Under the pieces are notes generated by a model that did not search any database, had not been told where the DNA came from, and saw only the letters and a list, made by a program, of their open reading frames with translations. Shown piece by piece: positions 1-11,072 of a stretch of 64,000 bases of DNA (positions are counted from its first letter, which is position 1; each line of letters opens with the position of its first letter). Source of the DNA: Squalus acanthias (Eukaryota); the NCBI GenBank assembly GCA_030390025.1, contig CM059432.1, forward strand, positions 7,006,001 to 7,070,000, given 5' to 3'. The position numbers were made by a program, and so were the translations under genes.

Positions 1-87
1 GTTACCGACCCTCTCGCTAATGGAAACAGTTTCTCCCTATCTACTCTCTCAAACCCCCTGATAATTTTGAACACTTCGATTAAATCT
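1..87 (-). mobile_element. CR1 LINE fragment cut by window edge
   Basis: Reverse complement resembles the DLIEVFKII..RVDREKLFPL segment of the other CR1 copies. Confidence 0.6.
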
Positions 88-1716
88 GAATGTTCAAACC
101 TCTGAAATCTCATCCAAGCTGGCAGATTCCCTTTTTTTTCTGAATTCCACACAGACTTCGAAAAAGTCGTTTAATCGTGGACGCAACGTTCATAACCCCC
201 CAACGTCATCTTTTGCGGGATTGCGGCACAGGTTTTGGGGGGACAAGCTTGAACTTTAACCCCTGTTTGGGGATCGACATCAGTAACAAGCTCCGAACCC
301 ACAGACCTGCCTGTTATCTGAACTTAACGTTTCCTTGACACAGACTGCAAATACTAGAAGCCCTATTACTCTCGTTGTTTTAAATTGCAGCAGATGTGGC
401 CGCATTGTCAAGTGAATTATGTATATTTATTTTTACTGCACACAACTGTTTCTATTAGTCTGGGGCAAGCCCAGGAATGGGCAACAAAATAAGATGAGTA
501 CACTTGGAAAAGGTTTAGCTTTTGAGCCATGTTTTCAGTTAAGTTCAGTGTTCATAAGCATCGCTTCCCAAGTGCCATCAAATTGAAGTTTATCCGTGAA
601 CGTTATTTAGAAGCAAGCTGTAAGCATTCTGTAATTGTATATAATCCAGGATATGTCGTTTGAAAAAAACAAACCGCAGGTGGTCTGGTCTGAAGGGGAG
701 ACGATCAAACAGTGGGGTTAGAAGGTGCTTTCCACTCATCACCCACTGTTTAACTTTTAGAAGAGATTAAAGGATGGATTGCAATGCTGGTTCAGTCATT
801 TCTGCAGAGGAAATGTACCACCAGATAAAACTGAATGTAAATTAGCTTCACTAGAACGTTAATAATAGGAAGCCGCGAAGGCTGACCGGCACAACTTGTA
901 AATTGATGTAATAACGTGAGTTCACCAAGAATGACTGAAAGTTTACACAATTTTCCTGCTGAATAAATTCTTCCCAGGACTACATTAGAACAGACCATTG
1001 CTGTGATTTAAGTACAGTGGTTGGTATTAATGCCAGTATTTCTAGAAAATGACCTGATAAAGCGTACGTTTATAAGTAGAATATTCTGACACAAGTCTAA
1101 TTGCTCACACTCGTGTCTTATATTCATCAGTTTTAGAACTATGTGTACAGTTCTAGAAGTATATATGCTGTAATATCAGAAACTAGAGTTGGGACCATCA
1201 TAGCGATATTATCGTGAGAAATTATTCTTGAAATGATACTAATGGCCTTTGAGGTATGTCAATATTAACCTTTTTTTCCCGCAAATAGAAGTGCATCTTT
1301 ATCTTTAAAATTGTGGCACATATGCATAAGCAGAGCTTAAACACTTCTTGACTGAATGTGAATCAAGTGGGCATAGTACTGCCCTTCAAATGTTGTAATT
1401 CGTTACAAATGATATCTGTAACAACCTAACTGGCCTTTCAAACTAAGGCATTTTCATCCACGCCACTCTTAATTTAAACCAATATATGGACAAATAATAA
1501 AATGCTCTAATATTATAGCAGAAACTAAAAATTGCAGGTTGCAACAGCATATAAGCTGCTTCCCTAACGTAGAGATTAATTTTGGATGCAAATTGTTACA
1601 TCACCAGACATAAAATAATGTGCAGCGGGACCTCTAGCTGCGAAATATGCTGCATGCCCTTTCTTTACTTTCTTTCCCCCTTTTTTCTCTCTCATTTTCT
1701 TCATGATTATAATGAT

Positions 1717-1925
1717 ATCATCACCCCTGTGCTCGCTGACCTACATTGGCTGCTGGTCCGGCAACGCCTCAATTTTAAAATTCTCATCCTTGTTTTCAAA
1801 TCCCTCCGTGGCCTAATATCTCATTACGTGGTTCGATGTCAAATTTTGTTTGATAACGCTCTTGTGAAGCGCCTTGGGACTTTTCATGTTAAAGGCGCTG
1901 TATAAATGCAAGTTGTTGTTGTTGA
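1717..1925 (+). mobile_element. L2 LINE 3' fragment with internal deletion
   Basis: ITPVLADLHWL..FKILILVFKSL C-terminal motif, then ggcgctgtataaatgcaag(ttg)n tail. Confidence 0.75.
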
Positions 1926-1990
1926 TTTTCTTTTAGCTTTTTTACTTCCTTTTATTGTTTTACTGGATTCATAACAGAGACAGAGAGAAA

Positions 1991-2370
1991 AAGAAAGACT
2001 TGCATTTATATAGAGCCTTTCACGACCACAGGACATCTCAAAGCGCTTTACAGTCAATGAAGTACTTTTGAAGTGGAGTCACTGTTGTAATGTGGGACAC
2101 GCGGCAGCCAATTTGCGCACAGCAAGCTCCCACAAACAGCAATGTGATAATGACCAGATAATCTGTTGATTGAGGGATAAATATTGGCCAGGACACTGGG
2201 GAGAACTTCCCTGCTCTTCTTCGAAATAGTGCCATGGGATCTTTTATGTCCACCTGAGAGAGCCTCAGTTTAACATCTCATCCAAAAGACGGCACCACCG
2301 ACAGTGCAACACTCCCTCAGCACTGCACTGGGAGTGTCAGCCTAGCTTTATGTGCTCGAGTCCCGGGAGT
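1991..2370 (-). mobile_element. Deu-domain tRNA-SINE (SacSINE1/AmnSINE1-related)
   Basis: Reverse complement carries aaagatcccatggcactatttcgaagaagagcaggg..gtgtcctggccaatatttatccctcaa and the L2-like tail. Confidence 0.8.
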
Positions 2371-2589
2371 GAAGCGAGAGAGAGAGATGGGTAGCAAAAG
2401 GTTGAGGATAATGAGAGAGCATATCAGTTAAAGAAGAGTGAGGTTCTGAACAGTATTCGGCATCCGTTGGCTCACGATGGGGGTTGGGTATCTCGCTGAG
2501 ACGGTTCTGTATGAAAGGCAACTTTTTGTTCTATACTTAGGAAATTTTGCGTGTTATTAAAAATATGACTATTGCCACTATGTATCAAC

Positions 2590-2716
2590 CAATGTTCCCT
2601 TTATTTTTTTTGGGTGCGCGTCCCATTCAAAATACCGCTCATGCGCAGTTTCTCCTATTTAAAAGCCGGTGAGCCGGCTGCGCTGGAGCTGCAGAGCACC
2701 GCGCAGCTTAAAGGTG
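2590..2716. mobile_element. Short hAT-like non-autonomous element remnant
   Basis: Starts caatgttccct and is colinear with 38561-38705 (gcgcg.tccc.tt.aaa..., atgcgc.gt, taaaagc.ggtgagc); the right TIR is missing. Confidence 0.4.
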
Positions 2717-2761
2717 TCAACTGAATTACATGGTATTTAAGATAGTCCTAGGTTTGAATGA

Positions 2762-2945
2762 GGGAGAGATGAGGAGAATTTTTATTTTTACGCAGCGAGT
2801 TATTGTGATCTGAAATGCGCTGCCTGAAAGGGCGGTGGAAGCAGATTCAGTCGTAACTTTCAAAAGGGAATTGGATAAATACTTGAAGAGGAAACAAACA
2901 TGATGGGCCGAATGACCTCCTCCGGTGCTGTAAGATTCTATGAAT
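2762..2945 (+). mobile_element. CR1 3' end fragment
   Basis: atgaggagaattttt..acgcagcgagt...gattctatga tail. Confidence 0.7.
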
Positions 2946-3229
2946 GACTGGCCGAGCTATTGTTTCGCTCTGTCCCCGGGTAGAATGCTAATTGTCGAAT
3001 GCCAATTTATTCCTCGTGTGTTCATTCCAGGGAATTCTTTTTTGTAATTTATATTTTAAGTACTTTTCTGTTATCACAGTGAGGCATTTCACTGCTATGA
3101 ATGAAATGTACTTTTGACATCCAATATCAACGCTTAAGCAAAGTGTTTTCTACTGTGCACCATAAAAATATGTCTTAACCTCAAAAGTACACACTCTATT
3201 GCATTAGCGTAATTCTGTTTCTCATTTTC

Positions 3230-3540
3230 TTCTCCAGCCATCCTTGTAGTCCCTGTGAACAAATCCACCAATTTTGTACCACTTTGTCCTTGATCGCGAA
3301 CAGTTTTTATCACTTGGTTCCGTAGTTTTGTGACATTGCAAATTTTATAATGTGACAAGAACTGTTCCTTTCCAAGTCTTTTATGAACAGTGTGGGGCCA
3401 AAACCAGCACTGCAGTACTCCATTAGTCACTGCCTTCCAGTCGCAGTTTTTCGAATTTATCACCATCTTCTGCCTCAACATGTTGAGCCAGTTTTCAATC
3501 CAGTTAGCTAATTTAATCCATGAGCCTCAACTTTTACAAA
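3230..3540 (-). mobile_element. Highly decayed CR1 RT fragment
   Basis: Minus-strand RQKMVINSKNCDWKAVTNGVLQ resembles CR1 RQRVxINGxxSxWxxVTSGVPQ. Confidence 0.55.
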
Positions 3541-4191
3541 AGTCTTGCATGTCAACTTCTGAGTTGTCCTATTTAAGCAGTCTGGTTGTGATGGTAATAG
3601 CCGTTCGTGATACCAGCTTCTTCTGGTGGCTTCTGTAACCAACAATCCACGTTGGAACTGCAGAGAAAGATTAAGCCTCTATGCGGCTTTGATGCGGTTG
3701 ACCAACGTAGCAGATGCTATCTCAGGGTTTGAGTTGCAGTCTCTACCTCCCTCTCTGACATACTGATGATAAGTTGGGGTAAGGTGCCCAGTTCACATGA
3801 TCATAGTGAGCTACACATCCCCTGTGAATACATTTTGACTTACGATCAGACTTGGATCAAAGCCTGCTTGGTTAGAGTTTCAGTTCGGTCAATTCTACTT
3901 GATTGCCATCATCGTAATGACTTTAGTCATACTATGTGCAGAGATGCCTGAAGGTTGAACTATGAAAAATGAACAGTGTTGCACCAGATTTAAAATTGTA
4001 AGTGGGAGCGTTTTTGTCCTTGGAAAGTGAAAAACTTACTCAAACAGTTATACTGGAGTTCCTCCTGTATTTACTGAATCATTCTTTCACCCATCAGGGA
4101 GGGTCAGAACTGGGATACCCTGATCCTTAGATTCAGAAAGGAACAACATGGGGTAGTCATTTTTCTTTTTTTTTCTCTCTCTTTCGGCACT

Positions 4192-4620
4192 CCTACATTA
4201 CAACAGTGACTACACTTCAAAATTACTTCATTGGCTGTAAAGCGCTTTGGGGCGTCCGGTGGTCGTGAAAGGCGCTACAGAAATGCAAGTTCTTTCTTTC
4301 TGTCGGACCTGCCGTCTTTTGAATAAGATGCTAATCCGAGGCCCCATCCGCCCTCTCCGGTGGATGTGAAAGATCCGAGATTCTAAGAAAAGTAGGCGAG
4401 TTGTCCTGGTGTTCTGGCCAGCATTTATCCCTCAACCAACACTGTCAAAAAAACAGATTATCTGGTTATTTATCCGATTGCTGTTTGTGGGAGCTAATTA
4501 ACTGCCGCGTTCCCCGACATTACAGCAGTGACTACACTGCCAAAAAGGTACTCCATTGGCTGTGAAACGCTTTGGGACATCCTGAGGTTGCGGGAGGTGC
4601 TATATAAATGCAATTTTTTT
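4192..4620 (+). mobile_element. Tandem DeuSINE tail plus older DeuSINE copy
   Basis: Two successive cattacaacagtgactacact..ggctgt.aa.cgctttggg tails; Deu core at about 4310-4440. Confidence 0.75.
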
Positions 4621-4683
4621 TTTTCCCTATTTCTCTTTTCTTCACCACAACCCCCCACCCCCCCTCCCCCACCAGCCCCAAAC

Positions 4684-5050
4684 TGACGCTCAATCTTACC
4701 TGGTGCTCCGTAAACGCAGAACCATCCTTTGAGTCTATCGATGCTCGTGACCTAAATTTCCTATTATTTAAAACAGACATTTCAGTTGATCCAGTTTCAG
4801 CAAGGAGAGTTAGTAAGCTTCATGTGCTTGTTGTGGACCAACCTTATTTGACTTGGCATGAGGCTAGGGCTGAACTCAGACCTCTTTCTAAGTTCCTCCC
4901 CAAGGGGGTCTCGGAATTCTCCTGTTTCACAGGATTTGCAATTCCCTCCTTTTATCAGGCTCCGCATGCTTCAGAAGTGGATCTTAGATTCCACTTTGCG
5001 GATGTAAGGAAAGATCTGTTTTTACATCAGCAGCTTAATTCATATGAAAT
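4684..5050 (+). mobile_element. DIRS-type retrotransposon tyrosine recombinase relic
   Basis: PSFESIDARDLNFLLFKT...SARRVSKLHVL...PYLTWH...LRPLSKFLPKGVSEF...IPSFYQAPH...FHFADVRKDL follows the DIRS1 YR pattern PFEPL..LKxLxxKT..SARRVSELxAL..LRPxxxFLPKVVSxF..LPSF..LHxLDVxRAL. Confidence 0.7.
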
Positions 5051-6055
5051 TCAAGAGAACTAATTCAAATCTTATGGGGCAAGGACCCTTGGAAATCCTG
5101 CCATGAAGCTGGGATTAGCAAACTTAAGTTGTGCAGTACTTACTTTACTGGTACCATCTGGCGGACTGCCGGCACGAAGTTTAGTGGCGCTACCAAATCC
5201 AGGGCTACAGAAAGGCACAGTTTAAACAAGTTATTTAGGAAGCTGTTTGTGAAATGCTGCTTGAGATAGGATGTTGAAGGATACTAATTGACCTAACTGC
5301 TATAAGATGATAGAAGAAGACTTTCAAGAATAAAAAAAAATAGCAGTGAGCTTTCAGTAGGATGGAACACCTCTCTGTCTCTGCACTTTAGATCACTTTT
5401 AACCATATTGATGTCATTTACTATAGGAGCCTTTTTATTTAAAAAAAAATATGCATTTTCCAAGATGCAAGCTTCCTAAGTGCAAATTCAGTGTTCTTTG
5501 TTCCCAAAAAAAAACTAGACTGCTGTAGTTGAAATAATGAACAGTTACTTATTCTCAACAGCGACAACTACTAGACAAATCAAGGGTAATGACGGGTAGA
5601 TAGGATAAGCTTCTGTTTATTCTGCAAGAAAAAACATTCCCTTTTATTATCACAGTAAATGTTTCCACCTTGAGGGGCGATTTAACAGATAGATTGCTTA
5701 CCTTGTGTAGAATATCCCTATTCTTTGAATCATTATCATCCACATTCTATGGGGCTTTCTTCGTGCCTCATTTCTGTTCCTTGATTGAGAAAATTGGACA
5801 TCTGCTTTTCTTAATAATATAAACTAGGGGGCGAAATTTATTTTTAATGTTTAAGTGCTGTTTGAGTATAAAAAGACTAAGTTACCCAGTTGTGATGTGC
5901 TTATATGATGTGTATGGAAGGGTGAGTCACCTGCCTGTGATTTCATTATTTGGAAATGAACTGAGGCACTGTGATTTTCCCAGCTGGGTAGCTGGACTAT
6001 AACTGTAATATTTATACATAGTGTGCCATTTTTATTTGTCTTTTTTTCCCCCCAG

Positions 6056-6182
6056 TATTAGACACCACCAAGAGCGAAGGGCAATTTTAACTCCAGTTTT
6101 GACAGATTTCAGTGTACGAATAACAGCTGCCCCTGCGATCCTTTTCACGAAACAGCTCTCGCCAGAGAATGCACAGACCGAG
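6056..6182 (+). CDS. VPS13B: VPS13B internal coding exon (127 nt, phase 2 to 0)
   Basis: Acceptor ttttttcccccccag|T, donor GAG|gtcagt; encodes (S)IRHHQERRAILTPVLTDFSVRITAAPAILFTKQLSPENAQTE, recognised as vertebrate VPS13B and in frame with the next exon. Confidence 0.93.
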
Positions 6183-6409
6183 GTCAGTAATAAGAGTTTT
6201 AATAAACGTACGATTTCAGTAGTGATAAAACAGTGTATTTGCCATCTGAAGTGATCTGGATTTGAAGCGTGCCACAAGTTGGTTAAATCTTTCCTTTTTC
6301 TATTTTGTTTCCACTTCAAGTAGGGCGCATTATTGCCAATGCCGTGTTTTAGCTGTTAGATTAGTTCCTAAATCACATTCAACTCAATTTGCAAAGAATC
6401 TGTTTTGCT

Positions 6410-6600
6410 CTTGGAATGGTGGAAACTTAACCACACAGAGTAGTGGAAACCTGGAACTCTCTGTTGAGGCCGGGGGTCAGTTGAAAATATCAAGACTGAG
6501 ATTGATAGATTTTTGTTAGGCAAGGGTTACGGAGCCAAGGCGGGTAGATGGAGTTAAGATACAGAACAGCCGTGATCTAAATGAACGAGCTCCTGTTCCT
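6410..6600 (+). mobile_element. CR1 3' end fragment
   Basis: gtggaaacctggaactctct...caagactgagattgatagatttttgttaggcaaggg; same family as 21270, 30915 and 46186. Confidence 0.65.
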
Positions 6601-6829
6601 ACGTAAACGTATTGTTAAAGTCTGATGAGACTTGCTATGAATTAGCCAGCTGCAGGACTGATGTTGAATTGGGTTTAATATTTCATTGCATTGTGTGTCA
6701 CATACAATCAATATAGAAATTTGTAACTGCAAATTAATTTTGGTGTTCTTGAGATGCTCTCGTGACTGCACTACACAGGAAGTCAAGTTGTTTGTAATAC
6801 ATGTACAATACTGTTTTTTGTCTCTGTAG

Positions 6830-6973
6830 GAAATTATAGTGTGTGGCCATTCACTAGAAGTCAATGTTACGACAAGCCTGGACTTCTTCCTCAGTGTCGC
6901 TCAAGTACAGCTCTTACAGCAGTTAGTACAAGTCAATATGCTTGGATTGGAGCTGCCCGACAAAACAGCAGAG
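6830..6973 (+). CDS. VPS13B: VPS13B internal coding exon (144 nt, phase 0 to 0)
   Basis: Acceptor ttttttgtctctgtag|G, donor GAG|gtaatc; EIIVCGHSLEVNVTTSLDFFLSVAQVQLLQQLVQVNMLGLELPDKTAE matches the VPS13B CGHSLEVN..LDFFLSVAQVQLL segment. Confidence 0.95.
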
Positions 6974-7885
6974 GTAATCTCGCACCTGATTTCAATATGT
7001 TTTTTTCATTTTTTTTGCAATTTTTGAATTACAGAGAAATAATGACAACATGTGAAGGGGTTTAAAAACAAAACTCTAGCACAACAAAAGTAAAATATGT
7101 CCCTAACGTGTACAGTATGCATGCAGCAGGTTAACAGTGTTGCATCAACAGCAAACCCAAGCAGGCGTGGACCACAAAGTTACGTAGAATTTGCAGCTCA
7201 GGAACGGGCCGTCCGGCCCAACTGGTTTGTGCCGGTGTTTATGCTCCACGCGAGCCCTGAGAGTTATGAAAAAAACTTCAACCACGTGTTATTTGCCCGT
7301 TTCTTGAAGGCCTGGAGTCCCGTGAATGCTGGTTGCTAGCATTTCAAAAGCCCATGCAAAAAAAAAACCAGGCAACGAAGAGGATCCCTGCTGAATGTTC
7401 GAATGGAAATGCAATCTCATTAGGGACAACTGATGTATGGGGTTGGGAGGTAAACAATGGTCTCTTAAACTGTAACTGACATTCGAAAAAAAGAAGAATA
7501 ACACAGATTATGCCTTGCAGGATATCACATTACTATCCCAGGCGATGTGCATGGTTTTGTTTTGGAAGCCAGGAAGTGACTGGGGATTCAAATCGGACTG
7601 TTCGCACCAATCTGGTTCACAGATTGTGATGTTGAACTTTAATTGGAAGGGAGAAGTAATCTGAAATATAGGACAGTGAACAGTTTCCTTTTTTGCCATT
7701 CGACAATATCTTTTTGTAAATGTCTCTTGTTTATAAGACACTTTTAAAATATTGTTGTATAAATGTATATATTTTATTATTTTGTGATTCTCTGACCTGA
7801 TTATCATTTGTAAAATGTAGCTTTTTAAAGTTTGTCATTAGTGACAGGTCTTTTACTAGAACCAAACCGTATTTTCAATTTTTAA

Positions 7886-8750
7886 AACGGTTGTTTTCCA
7901 GACTGGAGGATGGTACACAGTGGTGTTCCCCAGGGGGTCGGTACTAGGACCACCACTTTTCTTGATATATATTAATGACTTGGGTATGGGTGTACAGGGC
8001 ACAATTTCAAAATCTGCGGATGATGCTAAACTTGGAAGTATAGTGAACAGTGAGGAGGACAGTGACAGACTTCAAGAGGACATGGACAGGCTGGTGGAAT
8101 GGGCAGACACGTGGCAGATGAAATTTAACAGAGAAGTGCGAAGTGATATTTGGTAGGAAGAACGAGGAGAGGCAATATAAACTAAAGGGTACAATCCTAA
8201 AGGTGGTGCATGAACAGAGAGACCTGGGGGTATGTGCGCACAAATCGTTAAAGGTGGCAGGGCAGGTTGAGAAGGCTGTTAAAAAGGGAAACGGGATCCT
8301 GGGCTGCATAAATAGAGGCATAGAGTACAAAAGCAAGGAAGTTATGATGAACCTTTATAAAACACTGGTTCAGCCACAACTGGAGTATCGTGTCCAATTC
8401 CGGGCACCGCACTTTAGGCAGGATGTGAAGGCCTTAGAGAGGGTGCAAAAAAGATTTACAAGAATGATTCCAGGGATGAGGAACTTCAGTTACATGGATA
8501 GACTGGAGAAGCTGGGGTTGTTCTCCTTAGAGCAAAGAAGGTTGAGAGGAGATTTGATAGAGGTGTTCAAAATCATGAGGAGTCTCGACAGAGTAGATAG
8601 AGAGAAACTCTTCCCATTGGCGGAAGGGTCGAGAACCAGAGGACACAGATTTAAGGTGATTGGTAGAAGAACCAAAGGCGACATGAGGAAAAACTTTTTT
8701 ACGCAGCGAGTGGTTATGAGCTGGAATGCTCTGCCTGAAAGGGTGGTGGA
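7886..8750 (+). mobile_element. CR1 LINE, 5'-truncated RT C-terminal half
   Basis: GSVLGPPLFLIYINDL..ISKSADDAKL; YKTLVQPQLEY..LERVQKRFTRMIPG..RRLRGDLIEVFKI..TRGH..FFTQRVV, with frameshifts. Confidence 0.9.
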
Positions 8751-8751
8751 A

Positions 8752-8975
8752 ATATCCTCCCTGTATCTACCCTGTCAAGCCCTGTAAGAATTTTGTATGT
8801 TTCAATGAGATCACCTCCTTCTTCTAAACTCCAGAGAATATAGGCCTAGTCTACTCAATCTCTCCTGATAGGACAATCCCCGCATCCCATGAATCAGTCT
8901 GGTGAACCTTCGTTGCACTCCCTCTATGGCAAGTATATCCTTTCTTAGGTAAGCAGACCAAAACTGTACAAAGTA
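8752..8975 (-). mobile_element. CR1 fragment, opposite orientation
   Basis: EYFVQFWSAYLRKDILAIEGVQRRFTRLI..LGLYSLEFRR on the minus strand. Confidence 0.85.
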
Positions 8976-10524
8976 TTCTGATATTCTGATACTTGAGCCA
9001 GGCAGGCCTAGGGCACTGCTGATGAATGACCAGCCACCTTGGCTTAATAGTGGAGCCAGGCGGTGTAGATCTGTCACAGGTGCTGAGATTCTACCTACAT
9101 GGCTCCAAATAAACCTGCAGGCCAACGCCCTAATGAGTGGGGTGGCCCTTGCTGGGCAAGTATCAGGAAGCTTACTTATAATTTGCTCTGGTAAGCTAAG
9201 TGGTTTGAACTTGTTTGAACTCCAGCAATACCACACTGTGCAATTCTTTAGATGGACTCTCAACCTTGACTCTGCCAAGCTGCTTCCTAAGCTCTCTGGA
9301 CTGAATTAAGTAAAATATGTCCCTCCAGGAAGGGTTTGTGTGCTCAATATTTGTCAAACAGAGACAGGTGGGGGTTGATTTCTCACTAGTTTAAAATGGA
9401 GACTCTTAAACATGGCGATGGGTTTCTACGTGTGTCAAACACCCAGCTAACCAAAAAATAGTCCATGTAATAAATGGATTTTTTTTTTTTTTTAAGTGCT
9501 GGCTTTAGGAAATGCTTAAAGTAACACTTCTTGTACGCTGATGTACATCTGAAATTCCATTCATTGGAATAGATGTGCCAAGGCTCCTGCGTCTCTACAA
9601 AATGTGAATTCGTAGATGTAATGGAAATAGCATGTAACATTTAGCTGCCCTTAATCTACTTAATTTAATGCACTAATTAGTTACATTGGGCGGTATTTAA
9701 TTAAAATGAGGTATTGCATGGCAAATGTTTTCAAGAATTTTAAAAATAAATAGATGCTTCCCCCCAACATTTTCTGGGGCTGAGGAGGATTTTGAGCCGA
9801 TTGTCTGCAAGCTCTAAGTGACGTGGGCCCACACTTGGATGGTGGAGGTTAGCGCCAAAGGTTTAGGGTTAGGGTGGGCTGCTGGGTTGAGTTTGGGGTT
9901 GGCAGGTAGTGGGATTCGGTGTTGGGGCAGGGGTTTGTTTTACAAAAGGAAGAACATGTGAAAAGGAGCTATAAGTCTGGAAGGCAAATACAGGCGGAGG
10001 TAAGTGAGGAAAATGGCGTGAGCTCCCTCAATCAAGTTTGAGGCTGACAGAGGCCCCGAGTCTTTGCTGCTGTAAATGGAGTTAAGGTTTATTCAGGGAA
10101 TTACTCTGCCATTTTATTATTCCTCGGAGCAAATGATAATCTAGTCACCTCAGAATTCATAACAATCAAAGCAACGCTTATTATTGAGGGCTGTGTTGCC
10201 ACTCTGAGCCTGTGTTTGGGAGTGTCCTGTTGTGTTGGCTGTACCTTGGATTGAATGCAATGTGATTGGGTCGATGTTTATGTTGGTGGAAAGAACCCGG
10301 GGGAGGGGGGGGAAGCTTTTGTGTAATATGGTTAGTGAATACGGATAGTTCAAAATAACCGATAATAATGGAGAAAAAGACACAACGAGGAAGACGAGAG
10401 TTGACACTATGGTCACCAAGCTTTGATTTTCACAACATACTATTATTGAAAGAATGAAACATAATTTAGAATAAGAGCTTCTAGCATAACCATTAGTTCG
10501 TTCCTGTCTTGTATCTCTGCTCGA

Positions 10525-11072
10525 ATTCTGCGTCGAGTTCTGGTTGCCTCGTTAAAGGAAGGATGTGATTGCACTGGAGAGGGTAGAGAGGAGATTTACG
10601 AGGATGTTGCCAGGACTGGAGAATTTTAGCTATGAGGAAAGATTGGATAGGCTGGGGTTGTTTTCTTTGGAACAGAGGAGGCTGAGAGGAGACTTAATCG
10701 AGGTCTATAAAATTATGAGGGGCCTAGATAGAGTGGATAGGAAGAACCTATTTCCCTTAGCAGAGAGGTCAATAACCAGGGGGCAGAGATTTAAAGTAAC
10801 TGGTAGAAGGATTCGAGGGGAGTTGAGGAGAACTTTTTTCACCCAGAGGGTGGTGGTGGGTCTGGAAAGCACTGCTTGAAAGGGTGGTAGAGGCAGAGAC
10901 CCTCATCGCATTTAAAAAGTACTTGGATATGCCCCTGAAGTGCCGTAACCTACTGGGCTACGGACCAAGAGCTGGAAGGTGGGATTAGGCTGGATAGCTC
11001 TTTTTCAGCCGGCACAGACACAATGGGCCGAATAGCTTCCTTCTGTGCCGTAAATTTCTATGATTCTATGAT
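10525..11072 (+). mobile_element. CR1 3' fragment
   Basis: ALERVERRFTRMLPG..RRLRGDLIEVYKI; ends ttctatgattctatga. Confidence 0.88.

Noticed and set aside
1..6055. Intronic miRNAs known from mammalian VPS13B (mir-599, mir-875)
   Set aside because: I could not recognise their sequences here or elsewhere in the window; a covariance-model search would be needed.
9860..9940. Interstitial telomeric repeat or G-quadruplex
   Set aside because: Only two TTAGGG units in a degenerate G-rich tract; too short to call.
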